Part shown: piece by piece, positions 38,090-50,244 of the stretch
Layout of the letters: each line of letters starts with the position of its first letter
Position numbering within the stretch: position 1 is the stretch's first letter
Assembly (NCBI RefSeq): GCF_963921235.1
Contig: NC_086101.1
Coordinates: 36,518,001-36,582,000 of the forward strand
Length of the DNA: 64,000 nt
Reading direction: 5' to 3'
DNA from: Mobula hypostoma
Taxonomy: Eukaryota
Translations under genes and position numbers: made by a program
The notes under the pieces: generated by a model
Database searches by the model: none
What the model was told of the DNA's origin: nothing
The model's input: the letters and a program-made list of their open reading frames with translations, nothing else

Positions 38090-39804
38090 GTAAATGCCAC
38101 CCAAATCTGTGAACTCTGATATCAATTCACTTACCTGAGATAACAGGTTTTTCATTACATTCTCTATTAAAACCCTACATATCACCCACCACTCCTTAAT
38201 ATCTTCTGCTCAATCTTTCCAAATGGTTATGTCCAGACATCTACCTGATAAGTCTTCTTAGCATCCTCTTCAAGGCCTGAACATTTTTCCAGAAATGCAC
38301 TGTCCAGATTTATACACAATTCATCTCCACTCCCCCTTTCATAGCCCTCACAAAACAGCACATCTTAGATAACATGAGCTCTTTATGTTTCTCCCAAAAG
38401 GCATCACTTCAGACTGGTCTGCATTCTATTATGTCCTCCGTATTCTCCAAGTAGATCAGCATTTTCTGGAATTCTAGTCCTAGATCTCACTGTCTTTCTA
38501 TTCTTCAATCCTGTTGGATGCCATCATTTTGGCCAAAGATATATTCCAGAACACTGGAAATAAATGATATCTTTTCCCCCCAATCAACAGGGTAATAAAG
38601 AAGGTAGCGACATCTATTGAACCAACATCAATAGCATAAAAGAGAAATTGATTACATTTGCAATCTTACTGTGACATTTAGCCTTTGATTAATTTTAATC
38701 ATAAAATGAAATCATGTTAAGCGTAAATGGATAACAAAATTTGATGGTATGAATTCCTCGTGGTGTGATGAATGTTACTTATCAATGATATTTCTCAAAC
38801 ATCTCACATAGCTCCATCTCGTGCAACTGCAGGAATGATAGAAAACTATTTTGCTTCCTTTTGCAAGTGAGCAAAGAGAATATAATACAGCCACCAAAAG
38901 TTTCAGTCTGCTGAACATAATGATTTAACCATTCTGTGTCATCAAGAGGCAGGCCCTGAAGGAGGCAGCATCTATCATTAAGGTCCCACATCACATCATC
39001 CAGGGACGTGCCCTTTTCTCATTATCACCATCAGTGAAGTGATACTGAAGCCTGAAGACCCACACTAAAGGATTCAGGAACAGCTTCTTCCTCTCCACCT
39101 GAATGGTCCATAAACACAACTTTTTTTTTTGCACTATTTATTTTGCAATTTAGAGGAATCTTTTTGCATCATAATGCTGCCACAAAACAACAAATTTCTC
39201 ATTATACAAGACAGTGACAATAAACCTGATTCTGGACTCTGAACTATCATTCCATTCAGTTGGATCACTGCTGATCAGTACCTCATACCAATTTATCACT
39301 ATCACTTACAACCCTCTTGATCTCTAATAAGAATCAACAATCAGGCTTGAAAACTTCAAACCCTTGGAGGATATTCCAGATTTCTGTTGGCTAACCTCAG
39401 ATTTCCCACACTGAACTCCATCCAATGTCATGACTGTTCGCAAAACATGAAAAGTATCTTTTTATTTGAATATACTGTATCATGTGATATATTCATTTCA
39501 AGAAATCAAAGGACTTCAGCAGTTTTGTCTAAAACTAGGAGATAAACATAGTATTTAATCTAATACATGTGTTCTTGGGGTCATTAGAATTCTCAGAAGA
39601 TCCTCTGTATTTAAATCTACCAGCCACCGCAGTAAGCTCATTCATTTCATTATTAGTTGGGTCAAGGAATTATTAATAAGTTTGACTCTTTCTAAAAATA
39701 TACCTCAGCGGCACTGGCACTCTACACTTCTTCTTAAACACCTCTCATATCAACTCAGCTCACCTAGTGTTAGCATTATCTGAATGGCAGCATCTGCACT
39801 GATA

Positions 39805-41395
39805 CAGGTGTCCCCCGCTTTTCCAACGTTTGCTTTACAAAACCTCACTGTTACGAAAGACCTACATTAGTACCCTGGTTTCGCTTTCAGAAGGTGTTTT
39901 TACTGTTATGAAAAAAAAAAGCGCCCAATAAAAAATCAGCAGGCGACAAAAGGCAGCACGCGCCCCGAGCAGCCGCTCTCCCCCGGATTCGGAACTGCAT
40001 TCTTGCCGGCGTTGCTTAAACATGTGTCTGTGAGCAGCCGTTTGCAAGATGAGTTCTAAGGTATCGAAAAAGCCTAAAAGAACTCGTAAGGGTGTTACAC
40101 TTAGCATAAAACTAGACATAATTAAGCGTTTCGATCATAATGAAAGAATTAAGGACAACGTGAGTCTGGCTTGTGGAAGCTCACAAACATGATGTTGAAG
40201 AGGTTTTGGCATCCCATCACCAAGAACTGACAGATGAAGAGCTGATGCAATTGGAAGAAAAAAAGGATAACAATCGAAACCGAATGAGTAATGATAAAGT
40301 ACAACTTTAATTTTGAAAGGGTAAGTCAGTTTAGGGGATATTTGCAGGATGGCTTGAGTGCTTACAAAGAACTGTGTAATAGAAAAATGTGCGAGGCTCA
40401 GCAGTCAAGCAAGCCTTCCACATCAGTCACAGCAGACAACGAACCTCGACCTTTGACATCGAGGCAGGCAGAGATAGAAGAAGATGAGCTGCCTACCCTA
40501 ATGGAAACAGACGACAATGAGATGACACCCCAGTGTCCCACCACCCCAACACCCAGGCCGCGGACAGATACCGATTCGCGGAGAATGCAACGGTAGCCGG
40601 GAGGCACACAGCACATCTTTAAGAAAAAAGCCGAAATAAACATGCTAATTAATTAGGTGCCGCCGACACGTAATTGTCGGCCCAGATCAGAGACAACGCA
40701 ATCGGAAATCGGCACTGATCTGGGCCGACAATTACGGGCGGCACCTAATTAATTAGCATGTTTGTTTCGGCTTTTTTCAAGATGTGCTGTGTGCCTCCTG
40801 GCTACCGCTGGACCCCTGCGTGCTTGGCGGATCGGTATCGGTCGGTGGCCCGGAGGGTGGGGGTCACTGCACCACCCCAACTGCGACTCAGCCTAACACA
40901 CCAGCATCAGTGTGCTCGGCGCTGTTTTCCCAATTCCAGTAAGTGATACTACACTGTACATACATTATTTCTACTTTATATCGGCTGTGTATTTTTACGT
41001 GTTATTTGGTATGATTTGGCAGCTTCATAGCTTAAAGGTTACTGGAGAGCGCTTGCGCTGTGTTTTTGCCAACAGCGCTTGCGTGAGATTTTCTGCCAAC
41101 GGCGCTTGCGTGAGATTTTCGCTACGGAGAACAGTTCAGTAATGATTGTGGGAAAGTATTTCTACTTTAGAATAGGCTGTGTATTTATCATATCATTCCT
41201 GCTTTTACTATATGTTACTGCTATTTTAGGTTTTATGTGTTATTTGGCATGATTTTGTAGGTTATTTTTGGGTCTGCGAACGCTCACAAAATTTTCCCAT
41301 ATAAATAAATGGTAATTGCTTCTTCACCTTACGACATTTCGGCTTACGAGCCGTTTCATAGGAATGCTCTGCCTTCAGATGGCGGGGGAAACCTG
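39805..41395 (+). mobile_element. Tigger/pogo-type non-autonomous transposon
   Basis: TA TSD; TIR CAGG(T/TG)TCCCCCGC at both ends; from 40049 MSSKVSKKPKRTRKGVTLSIKLDIIKRF (CENP-B-type HTH), then C-terminal DVEEVLASHHQELTDEEL. Confidence 0.88.
40591..40807. repeat. Long inverted repeat (~95-100 bp arms, 24-nt loop) inside the Tigger element
   Basis: 40591-40690 is the near-perfect reverse complement of 40715-40807. Confidence 0.9.
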
Positions 41396-41516
41396 TACTC
41401 ATAGAAATGAGTGATAAGTCCAAGGTACAGATCAGCAGTGATTCAACCAAATGTGGAACAGTTGAACTGACTATAATTACTGTATTATGTGTATACAGGC
41501 AAGAGTTTTTGAAGGC

Positions 41517-42200
41517 AGAGTTACTACTACAGAGTAGATACAACAGGTTATTAAGAAGGCAAACAGAATGTTGGCTTTCATTACTAGAGGGATTGAATTC
41601 AAGAGCAGGGAGTTCATACTGCAACTATACAGGGTACTGGTGAGGCCGCACCTGGAGTACTGTGTGCAGTTCTGGTCTCCATACTTGAGGAAAGATATAC
41701 TGGCTTTGGAGGCAGTGCAGAGGAAGTTCACCAGGTTGATTCCAGAGATGAAGGGGTTAACCCATGAGCGATTGAGTCACCTGGGACTATACTCTCTGGA
41801 ATTCAGAAGAATGAGAGGGGATCTTATAGAAACATACAAAATTATGAAAGGTATAGATAAGATAGAAGTGGGAAAGTTGTTTCCATTAGTAGGTAAGACT
41901 AGAACTAGGGGACATTGCCTGAAGATTCAGGGGACAAGATTTAGGATGGAGATGAGGAGAAACTGTTTTTCCCAGAGAGTGGTAAATCTGTGGAATTCTC
42001 TGCCCAGGGAAGCAGTTGAGGCTTCTTCACTAAATATATTTAAGATACAGTTAGATAGGTTTTTACATAGTAGGGGAATTAAGGGTTATGGGGAAAAGGC
42101 AGGTAGATGGAGCTGAGTTTACGGACAGATCAGCCATGATCTTATTGAATGGCGGGGCAGGCTCAATGGGCCGGATGGCCTACTCCTGCCCTATTCCTAC
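41517..42200 (+). mobile_element. Young CR1 3' fragment with open 182-aa ORF2 C-terminus
   Basis: ORF 41568-42116 LVRPHLEYCVQFWSP...FSQRVVNLWNSLP. Confidence 0.93.
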
Positions 42201-42556
42201 ATACTTTTCATTTACAAGTGAAACAAAAAGCTTTCAATCATACTATCTAACCACAGGAATAGTTGAGAGTCACAATTACCCATAATTATGAAACAGAAAC
42301 ACAAAATGTGGGAAGAACTCAGTGGGTCACAAAGACAAAAGGTGCAGGTCAACTTTGAGTTGAGGCCATGCATCATTAGTGAGAGGCAAAAGGAAAAATA
42401 GTCTGTACATTGTTTGGAGTGGGGAGAGAGAGTAAAAGAGGCTGTTATGTGATAGATGGACCCTGATAAGAAGGGACGGGATGGGCAAATGGAACAGGAA
42501 GTGATAATAGAGAAGATGAGGAAAGTGGGGATGGGGGAAGAAAACTACGTAGACAG

Positions 42557-42582
42557 GTGTGTGTGTGTGTGTGTGTGTGTGT
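42557..42582. repeat. (GT)13 microsatellite
   Basis: Direct reading. Confidence 0.95.
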
Positions 42583-43572
42583 ATAGGAGAAAACCAGGGG
42601 AGTAAGTAACCCAAAATTGGAAAATATTTGAATTACACCCTAGTATTCCAGCATCTGCACTCTTGTCTTCATTCCTAATTGTGCCTTGATGCCATCTATG
42701 TGTCTAGGAGTCATCCAATGCCAGTAAAATTGCTTATATTAAAGCGATATTAAGAGCCAAATAGCCTTCTGATCCAGAGATAGTTGCTGGATCATGTGTA
42801 CTTAAAAGTTAAGTTGGAGCACAGAACAAAGCCATGTTGTTTTGTTCTTTATGGCTCCCTTAAGCATGAGTCAGTCATTGGAGGACTTTCAAGGTAATTT
42901 GCTTAAAACACATGACTGAGTCAAACCAATCTGAAAAGATGATAAAGTGTTTAAGGAAAAGTCAAAGCACACCTGGTGCACACAGAACATTTTATATAAC
43001 ACTTTCACAGTTTCTTGCATTGCAACTGTTCTTGTGCTTCCAAAGAACTTCAAAGTTCAGAGCTTATGGAAGTCCCAATATTACTGATAGCAAAAGAGCA
43101 GACGCTGATAAGTAAATTAGACTGAGGCTCCATGGAGGCATTCGGCCAGGATCACTAAAGTTTCAGAGAAATTTTATTATTGCTCCCTCCCTTGGAAAAG
43201 AAAGTCATGTCAACAAATCACACCTTCTATTCTCTATTATCTTATACTGAAAGACAGAAATGCAACACCTACAATGTAAATAAAATGTGAACTTCAAGAA
43301 AAGCAATTTATTATTTTGTTTCCATTGTGAAGACTATGTTAAATAACTTTACTGTGGATATTAAAACAGAATGTTTATTAATTGATTGGTACTTAGTATG
43401 CACTTCCATTCATCCTTTCACAGATGCACTGTAATAATAAATATTTCATTGAAGATTTTATTGCTTTTAATTTGTCGATTTCTCCAAGGAAACAGAAAGA
43501 ACAACGTGTGGTTATTCAATGTTACAATAACAGATAAATAATACATAACTTTGAAGATATTCTAAAACTGAA

Positions 43573-43671
43573 GCAACACACAAAATGCTGAAGGAACTCA
43601 GTATGTCAGACAGCACCTATGGAAATAAACAAACAGTTGATGTTTCTGGCCGAGACCCTTCTTCAGGACTC
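43573..43671 (-). mobile_element. Penelope mini-insertion (degenerate hammerhead)
   Basis: TSD AAACTGAA (43565-72, 43672-79); core CTGAAGA...GAAA with mismatched stems. Confidence 0.7.
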
Positions 43672-44244
43672 AAACTGAAACAGCATTTACCCTTTCGAGG
43701 ATAAGCCGATGTACTCAACAGATAGCAACATCAACCCAGTTCTGAAGCCTGACCACCAACAACAAATATCATTTGGAAAATAATGAAACAGTATTTCAAA
43801 TTAACTCAGGACAATATGAACAGGTTTGGAACCATTGAAGTACCAATGAGATGAGTTTGTCAGTGTAATGTTAGAAACGTGACAGCCAACTAAAGCACAG
43901 CCAGATCCTATAACTTGCAACATGACAGTGACCAGATAATCGGTCTTCAGTGACATGTGTTCAGTACCAACAACTGACTCCACGACACGGTATTTCAAAA
44001 GAATACCGCCATTGGTAGTATCTACAGGAGGCACTGCCTCAAGAAAGCAACAAAGACCCTCACCATCCAGGCCATCCATGAGGCAGGAGTTACAAAAGCT
44101 CAAAGTCCCACACCACCAGGTTTAAAAACAGCTACTTCTCCTCAGCCATTTGGTTCTTGAACCTACTGACAAAACCCTCATGTCCACAGGTTAGCAGCAC
44201 TATCAGCAATGCACACAAATGAATGCTGCCTTTATCTGTTCTAA

Positions 44245-47200
44245 TTGGAAACACAAAAAATTTTGCAGATGCTGGAAATCCAAAGCAAAACACACAAAAT
44301 GCTGCAGGAATTCAGCAGGTCAGGCAGCTTCTACGTTTTGGGCTGAGATCTCTCTTCAGGACTGGAAAGGAAGAGGAAAGATGCTAAAATAAAAATGCAG
44401 GGAGAGGGGAAGGAGGATAGCTAGAAAGTGCTAGGTGAAGCCAGTTGGGTGGAGATGAAGGAATCTGATAGGAGAGGACTAAGAGAGAAAGGGAAGGAGG
44501 GGCACAGGGGGAGATGATGGCCAGTGAATGAGGTAAGATGCCAGAGTGGGGAATAGAAGAGAGGAGAGAATTCTTTTTACTGGAAAGAGAAATCAATAAT
44601 CATGCCATCAGATTGGCAGCTACCCAGGTGAATGTACGATGCTGCTCCTCCATTCCAAAGGTGGCCTCATTGTAGAACAAGTGGCCATGGGCCAACATGC
44701 AGAAACGGGAACGGAAATTAAAATTTTTTTGCCCAGGAAGTTCCACTTTTGGCAGATGGAGCACAGGTGTTCAACATAGTGGTCCCCCAATTTATGATGG
44801 GCCTCACCAATGAAGAGGGGGCCTCACTGGAAGCACCAGACACAACAGATGACCCCAAAAGATTCTCATGTGAAGTGTTGCCTCACCTAGGACTGTGTGG
44901 GGCCTTGAGTAGAGGTGAGGGAGGTGTATGGCAGGTGTAGCACTTTGACCGCCTGCAGGGATCAGTGTTGGGAGGGAGATTAGTGCAGAGGAACAAATGG
45001 ACAAGGGAATCACAGAGAAAGCAATCTCAGTGGAAAGTGAAGGGGGGATGAAGTAAAAAATGTGCTTGGTGGTTGGATCCCTTTGGAGATGGTGGAAGTT
45101 GTGGAGAATAATGTGTTTGATGTGGAAGCTCATGGGATGGTAGACCAGGACAAGAGAAACTATCACTGTTGAGGCAACAGGAAGTTGGGGTGAGCACAGA
45201 TGTTCAAGAAACGGAGGAGATGCGGGTGAGGGCAGCATCAATGGCGGAGGAAGGGAAACTCCATTCCTTGAAGAGGGACAACATCTCTGATGACCTAGAA
45301 AGCTTCATGCTGGGAACAAATGCAGCAGAAATGATGGAAATGAGAAAAGGGAATAGCATTTTTACAGGAAACAGGATGGGAAGAGGTCTGGTTAAGATAT
45401 CCATGGGAATCGGTAGGTTTATAAAAGATGTCAGTTGACAGTTTGTCTCCAGAGATGGAAACAAAGCAATTGAGAAAGGGGAGGGAGGTGTCAGAAATGG
45501 ACCAAGTGAATTTAACGGCAGGATGGCAGTTGGGGGCAAAGGTGATGAAAGTTAAGGCTTAGCACATGGACTGATGCACGTAGCCAACGAAAAGGCAGGC
45601 ATAGCTGGGGCCCATGCAGTTGCCTGTGGCTACCCCTCAAGTCTGGAGAAAGTGGGAAGAGATGAAGGAAAAACTGTTGAAGGTGAGGACCAGTTCTACC
45701 AGATGGAGGAAGGTGGTGGTGGAGAGGAACTGGTTGGTTCATTTATTGAGAAAGCAGACAGCTTTAAGGCCGCCTTGTTGACAGATAGAGGGGCACAAGA
45801 ACTGGACATCCATGGTGAAAATGAGGTAGTCAGAGCCAAGGAAATGAAAGTTAGTGAGGAGGTTGCCTCAGATGTTAATGAGGGACTGAACCAAGGGGGA
45901 TAGAATAGAGTAGAGGTACAAAGACATAAGTTCAGTGGGGCAAGAGCAGGCAGAGACAATAGGCCTACCTGGACAGTTAGCTTTGAGAGTCTTGGAAAGG
46001 AGATAGAAGCGAGCAGTGCGGAACAAGGGAAGTATGAGTTTAGTGGCAGTGGATGAGAGTTCTCCAAAGTTGATGAGGTGTCAGAGACAGTTTTCTGATG
46101 GTCCAGAGTGGGGTTCTCTTCAAGGAACAGGCAAGAAGGTACTGTCTAAGAGCTGACACCTGGCCTCAGCAAGGTAGAGGTCAGTCCAGCACACTGCAAC
46201 AGAGCCTCCTTTGACTGTGGGTTTGAAGGTAAAGCTGAGATTGGTGTAGACAGAGGAGCTTAGGAGGATTAATGGCACCTAACGGCAACTCCTTTGCTTG
46301 CATCTTTGGAAACAGCTCTATTTCCATCTTTAATCTCTCTTTTTCCCTTTAAGGGTTCTTTTGAAGACCGACCTGGAGTTATACGCTGACTATGGTGCTT
46401 TGCGGGAATGGGACCCGCTCTCGTGGTTTCACGAATCGTCATTATTCGGCATGCCAAGGGCTCAGCCTAAGAGCTTTGCTCGCCTTTGGAGGACCGAGAT
46501 TTCATGGCTCTGGAAGATCTAAGGCTGTGTGCCCAGAGACCCGAGATCTTTGGGCACAGAGCTCAGAAAAAGCGACGCAAAGGACTTTTAAGATGGTAAA
46601 CCAGCGAGTTGTTTGTCATGTCTCCCCTCTCGCTGTGAAACAGAGATACCTCTTTCTCCCTTATTAGGGAGAGAGAGAGTCTGTGGTATGTCACACACTG
46701 GGTAAATAAGATGTCTTTGGGGTACTGCAAGTCTGTGTCTTTGCTGTTGCTTTGCTCATACCTGAGTGCTCAGTGGCGGGTGCCGATGCTTTTTTTTGCC
46801 AGTGGTGGGAGGGGAATTGTTGTGTACTGCCGCTTACGTGCGGGAGGGAACAGAGCTGGGGGGGGGGGACTTCGGGGTTTTAACATTTGGCTGGCATTCA
46901 TTCTTTGGGGACACTCCTCTGTTTTCATAGATGGTTGCGAAGAAAAAGCATTTCAGGATGTATATACATTTCTCTGACATTAAATGTACATTTGAAACCA
47001 GAGTGGAGGGCAGTGTGTTCAGAGGGTGCTAGGCTCAAGGAGTGAGGAGTGCTGAAATTGAGCCGGTTGATGTATCATCAACAACTAAAAGATCCCAGGA
47101 CAGGCAGAGAACCAGCACAGGGTGTCCAAGAAGATGGGGAGGGTTGGAGATGGGAGAAGGAATCATCTGTGTGGGCTGGGGAATTCTAGGTGAAGAAGTG

Positions 47201-47620
47201 GTCTTGGAGACAGGGCAACAGAAGAAGAGCTTGGCATCATGCCAGGTACAGAACTCACAGAGGTACAGGTGAAGGGGACAAAGGTAAGGCCCATGCCGAG
47301 GGCAGAACGCTCCACCTCTGTGTGGGGGGGGGGGTGCAGTGAAGACACATGGCAGCAATAAGTTGGGATTAAAAGGGGGAGGAAAGCTGGAGGCTTCAGC
47401 AGAGTGGGAGGGTTAGGGTGTTCAAAGAAGGTAGGATGGGAGGCAGACGGAAGCTCCAAGGCCCTGAACGAGGTGACAGTGGAGCCTGAAGAACCAAAGG
47501 ATAGACAGTGGTAGTGGGACAAGGAAACCAGGGACCCAGTGGCAGCAAGGAAGGCCTTAGCCTGGAGCTAGAGGTGCTGGCAGCTGAGGTCCAGGCTAAT
47601 GCAAAAGGTCACGTAATTTG
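44245..47620 (-). mobile_element. Long decayed Penelope-like element (RT plus GIY-YIG), interrupted at ~46254-46998
   Basis: Fragmented ORFs 44804-46067 (LVLVYHP..HIILHNFHHLQRDPTTKHIF; FPSSAIDAALTRISS); same terminal repeat as the other copies. Confidence 0.8.
46254..46998 (+). mobile_element. Unclassified non-coding retroposon with Rex1-type 3' tail, inserted in Penelope
   Basis: Interrupts the Penelope sequence (CAGAG on both sides); ends TTTCAGGATGTATA...ATTAAATGTACATTTGAA like Rex1 tails. Confidence 0.55.
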
Positions 47621-47689
47621 CAGTCTGAAGGCATCTGGGGTTGTCGGATCTTGATGTCCATTTTTGTAAAGTTTGTGTACAATTTACAT

Positions 47690-48952
47690 TTAGAGTCATA
47701 GAATAATAGAAAGTGACCCATCTGGTCTGTGCTGACCCATTTAAGCTGCCTACTCCCATCAACTTGCACTAGGATACCACAGCCCTCCAAACTCCTATCA
47801 TCCAACTTCTTAAACGTTGAAATCGAGTTCACATGCACCGCTTGAACTGGCAGCTGATTCCACGCTCTCAGGACCCTCTGAATGAAGACAATTCCCCTCA
47901 TGTTTCCCTTAAACTTTCCACCTTTCACCCTTAAGCCAAGACCTCTCATTGGCCCACCCTACCTCAGTGGAAAAAGCCTGCTTGCATTTACCCTATTCAC
48001 ACCCCCCACCCCATAATTCTATATACCTCTATCAAATCTCCTCTCAATCTTCTATGTTCCTCGGAATAAAATCCTAACCTATTCAATCTTTCAATATAGC
48101 TCAGGTCCTCTAGACCTGGCAACATCCTGTAAATTTCACCCTTCTTGCAGGTGGGTGACCAAAAATGCACACAATGCTCCAACTTAGGCCTCACCAATAT
48201 ATACAATTTCAAGTCTTATACAACTCCAACATAACATTCCAGTCTCCTGTACTCAATACTTCGATTCATGAAGGCCAATATGCCAGAAGTTTTCTTTACA
48301 ACCCTATCTACCTGTGACACCTCTTTCAATGAATTATGGACCTAAATTCTCAGATCCCTTTGTTCTAGAACACTCCTCAGTGCCCTACCATTCAGTGTGT
48401 AAGACCTTCGCTGGTTGGTCCTACTGAAATGCCAGACCTCACACTTGTCTGAATTATATCCCATTTGCCATTTCTCAGCCCATTTTTCCAACTGGCCCAG
48501 ATCCCACTGTTAGCCATGATAGTCTTTCCTCACTATACACTACACCCCCAATCTTGATGTCACCCACAAATCTGCTGATCCAGTTAACCTCATTAACATC
48601 TAGATCATTGATATAAATTACAAACAATTGACCCTGCACAGATCCCTGCAGTGTGGGACTCCATTAGTCACAGGCCTCAAGTCAGAGAGGCAACCATCTA
48701 CTACCACTCTCTGGCTTCTTCCACAAGGCTAATGTCTAATCCAATTTACTACCTCATCTTGAACCTTCTTGACCAACCTCCCATGAGGGACCTTGTCAAA
48801 TGCCTTGCTGAAGTCCATGTGGACAACATCCACTGCCTTGCCTTCATCAACTTTCCTAGTAACTTCCTCAAGAAACTCTGTAAGATTGGTTAGACATGAC
48901 CTACCACGCATGCAGCCATGTTGACTATCCCTAATCAGTCCATGTCTATCCA
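47690..48952 (-). mobile_element. CR1 LINE 3' fragment
   Basis: SQHG..GRSCLTNL, MDFSKAFDKVPH, LVRPKLEHC. Confidence 0.9.
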
Positions 48953-49779
48953 TTTTTTTTTAATGTTTATTTTCTTTTGAATGCTGTTTATATGCTACAT
49001 ACCTGTGAGGCTGCTGCAAATAAGCTTTTCATTGCACCTGTACGTGCTTGTACTTATGCACAAGATAAACTTGACGTTGGCTTTACTGTCCAATTGAGCA
49101 TACAGGGTCTCAGCTCACCAACTCATCTCACAGCCAGCCACCTCCATTGGCATAGCACTCCCTCCATTATGCAACCCGCCCCCCTTGCAATGCTACATTC
49201 CCTCCTGATAGTTTACTTCTCCGTGTCCACTGCCCCTTCCGTAATGCCACACTTCCGAGTAACCCTCTAGGACACCACAGTGCGGCACTCCTATTTAATT
49301 GCTCCTCCTGCAATGACACGCTCTTAGCAATACTGCATTTCTGCAGAGCAACACCCACTTCTCCAGAGCACAAGAATGCCAGTCCTGCCTGGTCCACTCA
49401 CACAGTGCTACAGATCTTCCTCAGTCACAGCTACAATGCACACACCACCCATGTCCCAATCCCGTAAAGCCACCCACCTTCGTTCTCCAACCCTACTGCC
49501 ACCCTATCTCCTTCCCTCCCCCAACCCCGGTGCCCACCTCGCTCCCTCCCCTAACCCCGGTGCCCCCCCCTCACTCTAGTGTCCCTTGTGCTTCCCTCCA
49601 TCCGTCCTCAAAACCTCGTACATCCTTCCCTCCTTCTGTCCTCAAATCCTATTTCCTCACTCCCTCGACCCTAACGTCTTCCTGTTTCCCTGTGGAATTA
49701 GGGGCATGGGAGGTAGGAAGTTCTACACTGAAATAGTGAGTGGGGAAGGTCACCTAACAGCCGGTCATGACCTTTATCC

Positions 49780-50130
49780 ACCCAAAGCAGCAGGCTCAGC
49801 ATCCCCTAGCAACGGGCCCAGACGCCGTTCCTGCACCCATGGACCTTGGCTCCTGATGCAGCTGACGCGGTAACGCAGACGGCAACACCTCCCACTCCCC
49901 ATAGCGTGCCCGCCGCCTCCCAAGGCTCCTCACCTTCAGCGCAAAGACTGCGCGCCGCCAAACAACCTGGCCTCTGAACGCCGCCATCATTGCAGCCTGA
50001 CCTTTCACCTTCTGACAGAGACACGTGATCACTCGGGCCAATCAGCACCCACCTGCGAGGCCCCGCCCACCATGTCGAGCCAGCGTGCTGAGCGAAGTCA
50101 CTGAACGATGACGCTTGTCGGTGTGAGGAT
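49780..50130 (-). promoter_or_regulatory. pcca: pcca CpG-rich TATA-less promoter/first exon with DR1 (49998-50010), E-box CACGTG (50022-50027), CCAAT box GGCCAATCAG (50036-50045) and GC box GGCCCCGCCC (50059-50068)
   Basis: Local CpG enrichment in an otherwise CpG-poor window; motifs read directly within 80 bp upstream of the ATG. Confidence 0.75.
49934..49990 (-). CDS. pcca: Propionyl-CoA carboxylase alpha, coding exon 1 (mitochondrial leader MMAAFRGQVVWRRAVFALK)
   Basis: Tandem ATGATGG in a CpG-rich island, 19 codons ending AAG|GTGAGG donor. Arg-rich and acid-free; ends in LK at phase 0 like human PCCA exon 1; joins in frame to exon 2. Confidence 0.85.
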
Positions 50131-50244
50131 AGGCAGATGTCTGCATTCTTCTAACACCCTGCACGTCCTTAGTCAGACGCTCTGAACTGCACAGCATTTA
50201 AAATACTTAAACTGCGTGGTCGATCTTGTAGAAGAGAGCCAGGC

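Noticed and set aside
41050-41125. Short regularly spaced repeats as a CRISPR-like array
   Set aside because: Head-to-tail ~27-bp tandem units without unique spacers, inside a Tigger element in a vertebrate genome.
41568-42116. Intact 182-aa ORF as a host gene
   Set aside because: It is the C-terminus of CR1 ORF2 in a young truncated copy.
43691-43748. Possible alternative pcca exon 2
   Set aside because: In-frame stops and a weak donor; the real exon 2 is at 21982-22062.
3150-47620. Selection against active sense-strand hammerheads in pcca introns
   Set aside because: Most sense copies are mutated, but so are the antisense (13734) and intergenic copies; age and CpG decay explain it, and the sample is too small.
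49796-50048. 81-aa and 80-aa ORFs over the promoter
   Set aside because: Non-ATG starts and read-through into intron 1; only 49934-49990 is supported as coding.
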